Assembly: GCF_001564455.1 (NCBI RefSeq) | Contig: NZ_CP011391.1 | Location: 1,860,001 to 1,892,000 of the forward strand | Direction of reading: 5' to 3' | DNA: 32,000 nucleotides | Source: Faecalibaculum rodentium | GTDB lineage: Bacteria > Bacillota_I > Bacilli_A > Erysipelotrichales > Erysipelotrichaceae | Part shown: positions 26,401 through 32,000 of the stretch, in pieces | How positions within the stretch are numbered: position 1 is the first letter of the stretch | How the letters are laid out: every line of letters starts with the position of its first letter | Notes under the pieces: generated by a model | What the model saw: only the letters and a program-made list of their open reading frames with translations | What the model was told of the DNA's origin: nothing | Database searches by the model: none | Program-made: the position numbers and the translations under genes

Positions 26401-28602
26401 TTACTCCATCGTGACCTGAATGTCGCTGCTTCCGTCAATCGGCGTACCGGGTTCAATGTTCTGGGCCTGCACCTTGCCATAACCCGAAGTCTGCACCCCG
26501 ATTCCCGTCAGTGCCCAGAACGCCGTGACATCCTTGCGGGTCCATCCGCTCATGTCCGGCATCGTCAGCGACGCGGAATCCGTCATGACCAGGACCCGGG
26601 AATTGGAGTTGATTTTCGACCCCGCACCGGGATACTGATTCACCACACTCTGGCCATCCCCCAGCACTGTGACATTGAGCTTCTTTCCCGCCAGCTCCTG
26701 GTCCATCCAGGCCCGGGAGTGATTCACCAGACTCGGCATCTCATAGGTGTCCCAGCTGTCTTCTTCCTGCTCCGGGTTCTGCGGCTGGACTGCATTCGCT
26801 CCGGAGACACCGTTGGCGATCAGCGCTGCCTTCACGATTTCCTGAAACGGCTCAGCTGAATAACCCGTAATGTTGCTGCTCACCATTCCCCAGTACACCA
26901 TGATCTTGGGATCATCCGCCGGCATCGCCGCGATGACACTAGAAGTATAGTTGGTCTTGTCGTATTCCCCGGTCTGTTCGTTATACAGCTCGCCGGTACC
27001 GGTTTTCAAAGCCATGTCCACCCCGTCGATCCGGAACCGCTCACCGGAGTTCCCGTCCTGGGTGACACCCTTCATGATGTCCACCACCTTGCGGGCAGTC
27101 TCCGCGGATATGGGTTCTCCCACCACCTCGGGTTCATATTCCTTCAGTGGCGTTCCGGTATCCGGATCCTGAATGGATTCCACCACATAGGGCCGCATCA
27201 TTTTGCCGTCATTGAAAATCGCCGTATAGGCCTGGCACAGCTGCAGCAGGCTGATGGACGACCCCTGACCGAATCCCGTGGAGAGATAGTCGGCAGCGGT
27301 GTCCACGTTTTTGACACCCGTGGCTTCGGTGACAAAGGGAATCTCCGTGGCCTTGAAGAACCCGAACCTGTCCAGATACTCGACATACTGGTTGTAGTTG
27401 ATGTAGTTGGCCAGCAGTTCGCAGATCCCGACATTGGAGGAGACCCAGAGGCCTTTGTCAAAGGTGATCTCGCCGAAGTCGTTGCCCAGAGCATCGCTGA
27501 TGGGTTTGAAGTCGGTCTGTGTGCCGTTGGGCACACGGATGATTTTGCCCGTGGAAGGATCCTGGGTATAGGTGAATGTGCCGGCCCGGAATGTGGTCTC
27601 TCCGTTGTAGACGCCGGTATCGATCGCCACCGCATACGTGAAGGGCTTCATGACAGACCCCACTTCGACGTTCTTGTCCGCCACGTTGTCCAGAAACGAC
27701 GGGATTTCCTGGTGGGTGTTCTGGTCATATGTGGGATAGGACCCCCAGGCCAGGACCTTTCCGGTCTCCGGTTCCATGACCAGTGCCCAGGCGGCCTGTG
27801 CATTGTTGTCCTGCATGGTCTTTGCCAGCTGGGCCTCCACAATGGACTGCAGGTTCGAGTCAATGGTCAGATACACGTTCTTTCCATCAATCGCTTCCTG
27901 GTAGACCTGCGTGGTCCCCGGCAGGATCGTGCCGTCCACCGCCTGCTGGTACTTCATACGCCCGTCTGTTCCGGACAGGTATTCCTCCATGGACAGCTCC
28001 AGTCCCATTTTTCCCTGTATGGCCTGTTCGTCTTCATCGAAGGCCGCAAACCCCACCAGATTGGAGGAATACGGCGTCGTGGGATAGTTCCGGTTGGTGG
28101 TGTCCACGAACCCGATCCCCGGAATGTCCGCCGCCTCGATCTTCTCCATCACGTCTTTGGTCAGGCGCTTTGTGCCGGTGCCCAGTTCCGTCTGGACCTG
28201 GCCGCGTTTCATGGCCTTCTCCAGGATGGTGGCTATCTGTTTTTCGTCCACGCCCTCCAGCACTTCGGCCAGTTTCTTTGCGGTTTCCTTCGCATCCTGG
28301 ACATAATCGGGATTCCCCTTGGCATCCCTGACGGAATCGTCCAGATACGCCACCAGGGTATATGCCTTCACTTCCTGGGCAATCACCGTGGAGCTGCGGT
28401 CCAGGATCTGCCCGCGTCTGGCCTCCACGGTGGTGTCCACAATGGAGGAAGCCAGCTTGCCGGTCAGCACGTCTTCCTGACTCCAGATGTGTCTGTGTGT
28501 CCCCATAGTGAAAAGAACATTAGCAGTCACTAATGTTCCGGCGGTCCCCATCGCCAGGATCATGCGAAAGAGTTTTTTGTTGGTCCGTCTGACGTCCATC
28601 AC
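26401..28602 (-). CDS. Class B penicillin-binding protein (PBP2B/FtsI-type) with two C-terminal PASTA domains
   Basis: N-terminal TM. Transpeptidase motifs SVMKP (SxxK), SSN (SxN) and KTGT. Two PASTA-like repeats at the C-terminus (YEMPSLVNHS... and LTMPDMSGWT...). 733 aa. Confidence 0.93.
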   Translation of the reverse strand: MMDVRRTNKKLFRMILAMGTAGTLVTANVLFTMGTHRHIWSQEDVLTGKLASSIVDTTVEARRGQILDRSSTVIAQEVKAYTLVAYLDDSVRDAKGNPDYVQDAKETAKKLAEVLEGVDEKQIATILEKAMKRGQVQTELGTGTKRLTKDVMEKIEAADIPGIGFVDTTNRNYPTTPYSSNLVGFAAFDEDEQAIQGKMGLELSMEEYLSGTDGRMKYQQAVDGTILPGTTQVYQEAIDGKNVYLTIDSNLQSIVEAQLAKTMQDNNAQAAWALVMEPETGKVLAWGSYPTYDQNTHQEIPSFLDNVADKNVEVGSVMKPFTYAVAIDTGVYNGETTFRAGTFTYTQDPSTGKIIRVPNGTQTDFKPISDALGNDFGEITFDKGLWVSSNVGICELLANYINYNQYVEYLDRFGFFKATEIPFVTEATGVKNVDTAADYLSTGFGQGSSISLLQLCQAYTAIFNDGKMMRPYVVESIQDPDTGTPLKEYEPEVVGEPISAETARKVVDIMKGVTQDGNSGERFRIDGVDMALKTGTGELYNEQTGEYDKTNYTSSVIAAMPADDPKIMVYWGMVSSNITGYSAEPFQEIVKAALIANGVSGANAVQPQNPEQEEDSWDTYEMPSLVNHSRAWMDQELAGKKLNVTVLGDGQSVVNQYPGAGSKINSNSRVLVMTDSASLTMPDMSGWTRKDVTAFWALTGIGVQTSGYGKVQAQNIEPGTPIDGSSDIQVTME

Positions 28603-28632
28603 ATGCTCCTTTTCAATGTTTCAGTTGTGCAG

Positions 28633-28655
28633 TGCAGCTGTCCTGGACAGCTGCA
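28633..28655. repeat. 23-nt perfect palindrome (11-bp arms) in the ftsL-PBP intergenic spacer
   Basis: tgcagctgtcc-t-ggacagctgca read directly from the sequence. No flanking T-run on either strand. Confidence 0.6.
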
Positions 28656-28668
28656 GGCGGTACAGTGC

Positions 28669-28977
28669 CTACTGACCGGAGTCGCCGATCACGTAAATAT
28701 TGCCGGAGTTGTCCTGCACCTGTTCCCCCAGCATGCTCAGCACGCGGCCCTTGTCCTGCATGCTGTGCACCTGCGCCTGCAGGTCCTCCACTTCGCTTTT
28801 CTTCCGGGCGATTTCACTGGCCAGACTCTGCTCCTTTTGCTGAAGCGTAATATTATATGAATTCAGTCCGACCTTCGCACCTCCGTAGAATACTACAGAA
28901 AACCCGAAAACAAATGTGCAGACGCCTCTGATCCCAGAGCGTCTTTTTTTGATTCCCTTACTCCGATTCCTCGCCAT
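28669..28977 (-). CDS. ftsL: Cell division protein FtsL (bitopic, coiled-coil)
   Basis: 102 aa: basic N-terminus, one TM (VCTFVFGFSVVFYGGAKVGL), then a heptad-like region. Occupies the canonical position between rsmH and the PBP gene. Confidence 0.65.
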   Translation of the reverse strand: MARNRSKGIKKRRSGIRGVCTFVFGFSVVFYGGAKVGLNSYNITLQQKEQSLASEIARKKSEVEDLQAQVHSMQDKGRVLSMLGEQVQDNSGNIYVIGDSGQ

Positions 28978-29896
28978 TTCTTTCTATTCCCCTTAATTTT
29001 GCACTGTGCGCCCGGTTGTTGTCCTGCAGCTCCTGCAGGTCTGCAGTGACCGGTTTGCGTGTAAGCAGTCGATATTGCCGTTTTTCTTCCCCTGTCTGCG
29101 GCAGTCTGCGGTCGGTCCTTGGCGGTACGGCCGCTTCTTTGAAGGCGTTTTTCACCAGACGGTCTTCGAGTGAGTGGAACGTGATGACAGCCATGCGGCC
29201 ACCGGGCTTCAGCCGGTCAAGTCCCTGCTGCAGGACACTCTCCAGCTGTGCCAGTTCCCGGTTGACTTCGATCCGGATCGCCTGAAATGTCCGTTTTGCC
29301 GGATGGCCCTTCTTTCGCAGAACAGCCTGCGGCAATGCCTGGCGGATGACATCCGTCAGCTGAAACGTCGTGTCCACCGGCGCGGTTTGGCGTGCCCGCA
29401 CAATGGCGGCGGCGATTTCTCCCGCAAAGGGTTCCTCGCCGTAGAGTTTCAGGATCCTGGTCAGGTCCTCTTGTGTATAGGCATTGACCACATCCCAGGC
29501 GGAAAGTGCCTGGTCCTGGTCCATGCGCATATCCAGACGTGCATCTTCCCGGTAGGAAAACCCGCGGGCCCCGTCATCAAACTGCGGGCTCGACACCCCG
29601 AGATCCATCAGGATGCCGTCCACTTTCCCGACGCCGAAAGAATCCAGCACGGAATCCAGTTCGTCAAAGGGGGCATGAATGCACGTAAATCTGTCACTGA
29701 TCGCTTCAAGACGCGGTGTACTCTCGTCGATTGCTTTCTGATCCATGTCGAAGGCATAGAGATGCCCCGTTTTCAGACGGCGCAGGATCTCGCTGCTGTG
29801 ACCCCCTCGTCCCAGCGTGCAGTCCACGTATATGCCGTCCGGCTTCACATCGAGCAGATCGATTGTCTCATCCAGTAAAACACTTTTATGCTCCAT
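28958..29896 (-). CDS. rsmH: 16S rRNA (cytosine1402-N4)-methyltransferase RsmH
   Basis: HKSVLLDETIDLL..., YVDCTLGRGGHS, DLGVSSPQFD, ITFHSLEDR. 312 aa. Confidence 0.95.
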   Translation of the reverse strand: MEHKSVLLDETIDLLDVKPDGIYVDCTLGRGGHSSEILRRLKTGHLYAFDMDQKAIDESTPRLEAISDRFTCIHAPFDELDSVLDSFGVGKVDGILMDLGVSSPQFDDGARGFSYREDARLDMRMDQDQALSAWDVVNAYTQEDLTRILKLYGEEPFAGEIAAAIVRARQTAPVDTTFQLTDVIRQALPQAVLRKKGHPAKRTFQAIRIEVNRELAQLESVLQQGLDRLKPGGRMAVITFHSLEDRLVKNAFKEAAVPPRTDRRLPQTGEEKRQYRLLTRKPVTADLQELQDNNRAHSAKLRGIERNGEESE

Positions 29897-29897
29897 A

Positions 29898-30332
29898 TCA
29901 CATTTCCATCAGGCCTGAAAGACGCTCGGCCGCTTCCTCGAAGGAAGCCTCTTCCACATCTTCCACTTTCTCCCAGCGGTCTTTTGCCCAGATCTCGATA
30001 TGATTGGCGACGCCAATGATGACGCACTCCTTCTCCAGACCGGCAAGCTGAACCAGGCCGGCGGGAATCAGAATTCTTCCCTGTCCGTCCAGGTCGCATT
30101 CGGCGGCTTTGGACAGCATCATCCGCTGATACATGCGGGCGTCCTTGTTCGTTGAGGGCAAAGTTTTCAGTTTCTCATATACGACCTGCCACTGGGCCAT
30201 CGTATAGACATACAAGCAGCCATCCAGTCCACGGTTCACCACGACGGTCTCTCCAAGGTCTTCACGGAACTTCGCGGGCATGATCAATCGCCCCTTACGA
30301 TCGATGTTGTGCGCGAATTCCCCCATGAACAC
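29898..30332 (-). CDS. mraZ: Transcriptional regulator MraZ
   Basis: MFMGEFAHNIDRKGRLIMPAKFRE... plus a second DGQGRILIP repeat (two SpoVT/AbrB-like halves). 144 aa. GTG start preceded by GGGGGTGA. Confidence 0.95.
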   Translation of the reverse strand: MFMGEFAHNIDRKGRLIMPAKFREDLGETVVVNRGLDGCLYVYTMAQWQVVYEKLKTLPSTNKDARMYQRMMLSKAAECDLDGQGRILIPAGLVQLAGLEKECVIIGVANHIEIWAKDRWEKVEDVEEASFEEAAERLSGLMEM

Positions 30333-30379
30333 GTGCCATCACCCCCACTTCCTGACACAATGCGCTACTTCGTACCACA

Positions 30380-30408
30380 ATGATACCGCAACAGACCCCC
30401 CCATACAA
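30380..30408 (-). promoter_or_regulatory. Candidate Pmra promoter (TTGTAT-17-TATCAT)
   Basis: On the minus strand, -35 TTGTAT (30408-30403), a 17-nt spacer and -10 TATCAT (30385-30380). Followed by 10-bp-phased GTG/GTA repeats at 30346-30378. Confidence 0.4.
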
Positions 30409-30414
30409 ATCCTT

Positions 30415-30463
30415 TCAAAAAAAAATCCAAAGCCCCGGTATAGCAATGCGCCGGGGCTTTGGA
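30415..30463 (-). terminator. Very strong minus-strand intrinsic terminator immediately upstream of the mraZ promoter
   Basis: 13-bp perfect stem TCCAAAGCCCCGG/CCGGGGCTTTGGA (30426-30438 pairs with 30451-30463), 12-nt loop, followed on the minus strand by nine T (30425-30417). No minus-strand gene lies upstream of it. Confidence 0.7.
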
Positions 30464-30518
30464 AATCTGATACTCTGAAAGTGCAGGCGTCTGCCTGCAG
30501 ATACAGGAGAGTGAAAAC

Positions 30519-32000
30519 ATGAATACTGGACTGCTGTTTGTGCTGGGGCTCTGCCCCATTCTCTGGCTCATCCTCGCCCTGCTCGTGCTGAAATGGCCCA
30601 CCTGGAAAGCGGCCGTGGGTTCGGCCCTGCTGGCGGCAATCGAAGCCATGCTGGTCTGGAAGCTTCCGGCGCTGGATACCGGATCCGCCGCCCTGGAGGG
30701 CATCATGATGGCCCTCTGGCCCATCGTGGTGGTGATCATTGCCGCGGTCTTTACCTATAACTTATGTGTAAAGACCGGTGCCATGGAAACCATCAAGGGA
30801 ATGCTCGCGTCCGTGACCAGTGACAGGCGCCTGCTGGTGCTTCTCATTGCCTGGTGCTTTGGCGGCTTCATGGAAGGCATGGCCGGATTCGGCACCGCCA
30901 TTGCCATTCCTGCGGGCATGCTCGCCGCCATGGGATTCGACCCCATTTTTTCGTGTCTTGTCTGCCTGCTTGCCAACGGATTCCCCACGCCCTGGGGCTC
31001 CATCGGCATTCCGACCACGACACTTGCCAACCTGGTGGGACTGGAAAACACCCACCTGTCCTTCGTGGAAAGCCTCCAGTGTGCACCCTTCATGCTGGCC
31101 GTGCCCTTCATCATGATGATGCTCGCCGGCGGAAAGGGCATGAAGTCCCTGAAGGGGATCGGATTCATCACCCTGATGTCCGGTGTCTGCTTTGTGATCC
31201 CGCAGCTGATCGTGTCCTGGTTTGTCGGGGCGGACCTGGCTGTGGTGGTCGGAGCGGTGTGTTCCATGGCCGTTACGATTGTGCTGGCCATGAAAAAGAA
31301 GACACCGCCGGAGTATGAAATGGAAGTGAAGACGGAGAAAAGCCTGACGCTGGACAAGGCGCTGCGTGCCTGGAGTCCGTTCATCATGATTTTCATCCTG
31401 CTGCTGGGCACTTCCAAGCTCGTGGCCCCGGTCAACAGCTGGCTGGCGCAGTTCTCCTCCGCCGTGTCGGTCTACACCGGTGCAGATCCCAACACCATCA
31501 GCTTTGTCTGGATCAACACCCCCGGTGTATGGATCTTTCTGTCGGCCATAGTCGGCGGTCTGATCCAGCACGCATCCTGGGAGGACTTCCGGTCCGTGTT
31601 TGTGGCCACTGTCAAACAGATGACCCCGACAATCATCACCATGTGCAGCGTGCTGGCCACCGCCAAGATCATGTCCTATTCCGGCATGATTGGGGACATC
31701 GCAGCGTTCTGCATTGCTGTCACCGGTTCCTTCTATACCATCTTCGCTCCGTGGCTCGGGTGCCTGGGCTGCTTTGTCACGGGATCTGGCACGAGCTCCG
31801 GCCTGCTCTTCGGCCAGGTGCAGATGGATGCCGCAACTGCCCTGAACATGGATCCGTTCTGGGTCGTGGGCCTCAACATGCTGGGTGTCGGCGTGGGCAA
31901 GATGCTGTCCCCGCAAAGCATTGCCATTGCCCTGTCAGCCGTCGGCCGCACGGGCAGAGATTCGGAGCTGCTGAAAAAGGTGCTGCCCTATGGGGCAGTG
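30519..32000 (+). CDS. lctP: L-lactate permease (LctP family), N-terminal 494 codons; runs off the window end
   Basis: Not in the ORF track (no stop in window). ATG at 30519 with SD AGGAGA 8 nt upstream. Manual translation gives MNTGLLFVLGLCPILWLILALLVLKWPTWKAAVGSALLAAIEAMLVWKLP...FGGFMEGMAGFGTAIAIPAGMLAAMGF...GFPTPWGSIGIPTTTLA, characteristic of LctP/GlcA permeases. Confidence 0.88.
   Translation, partial: MNTGLLFVLGLCPILWLILALLVLKWPTWKAAVGSALLAAIEAMLVWKLPALDTGSAALEGIMMALWPIVVVIIAAVFTYNLCVKTGAMETIKGMLASVTSDRRLLVLLIAWCFGGFMEGMAGFGTAIAIPAGMLAAMGFDPIFSCLVCLLANGFPTPWGSIGIPTTTLANLVGLENTHLSFVESLQCAPFMLAVPFIMMMLAGGKGMKSLKGIGFITLMSGVCFVIPQLIVSWFVGADLAVVVGAVCSMAVTIVLAMKKKTPPEYEMEVKTEKSLTLDKALRAWSPFIMIFILLLGTSKLVAPVNSWLAQFSSAVSVYTGADPNTISFVWINTPGVWIFLSAIVGGLIQHASWEDFRSVFVATVKQMTPTIITMCSVLATAKIMSYSGMIGDIAAFCIAVTGSFYTIFAPWLGCLGCFVTGSGTSSGLLFGQVQMDAATALNMDPFWVVGLNMLGVGVGKMLSPQSIAIALSAVGRTGRDSELLKKVLPYGAV

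Noticed and set aside
27712-31916. Antisense ORFs 27712..28533 (+), 27783..28331 (+), 30755..31435 (-) and 30762..31916 (-)
   Set aside because: They lie opposite the PBP gene and lctP respectively. The same antisense-artefact reasoning applies, and lctP on the plus strand translates into a clear permease sequence.
1-32000. CRISPR arrays, tRNA/rRNA genes, IS elements with terminal inverted repeats, riboswitch-like leaders
   Set aside because: Reading both strands showed no regularly spaced direct repeats and no cloverleaf-like or rRNA-like conserved stretches. Intergenic regions are short (under 290 nt) and are accounted for by terminators and promoters. The scan was by eye only, so short or degenerate elements could have been missed.

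Overview
Bacillota-type chromosomal window; every gene is on the minus strand except a divergent L-lactate permease at the right edge. I found no rRNA, tRNA or CRISPR array. Composition is mosaic. Hand counts of single 60-nt lines give about 35-50% GC at 0.6-13.6 kb, 53-70% at 14.7-19.5 kb and 25.2 kb, and 43-50% at 22.5-23.1 kb. The higher-GC backbone carries four things: (1) an LCP ligase gene (14102-15886); (2) a translationally coupled four-gene SGNH / DUF4358-like / MBOAT / DHHW O-acylation operon (16027-19841); (3) a very compact dcw cluster, mraZ-rsmH-ftsL-PBP2B, then a terminator plus promoter, then ftsA-ftsZ (23763-30332); (4) lctP (30519->32000). Two lower-GC inserts interrupt the backbone. 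Insert (i), about 0.5-13.9 kb, is a 13-gene unidirectional ABC-transporter-dependent cell-wall glycan operon. It encodes its own LCP paralog, four GT2 and two GT4-type glycosyltransferases, a membrane-anchored MBL-fold hydrolase, a Wzm/Wzt-type exporter whose ATPase has a C-terminal glycan-binding-type domain, a 614-aa methyltransferase-like/kinase-like protein that looks like a WbdD-style chain terminator, and an epimerase. A partial MerR regulator follows. Insert (ii), about 21.0-23.7 kb, is a two-gene ABC/AAA_21-type ATPase + long RloB/Toprim-like module (AbiL/PARIS-like candidate defence islet). It sits directly downstream of the ftsZ terminator and next to a twice-frameshifted nuclease/transposase-like remnant. 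All family assignments come from motifs I recognised by eye; no searches were run.
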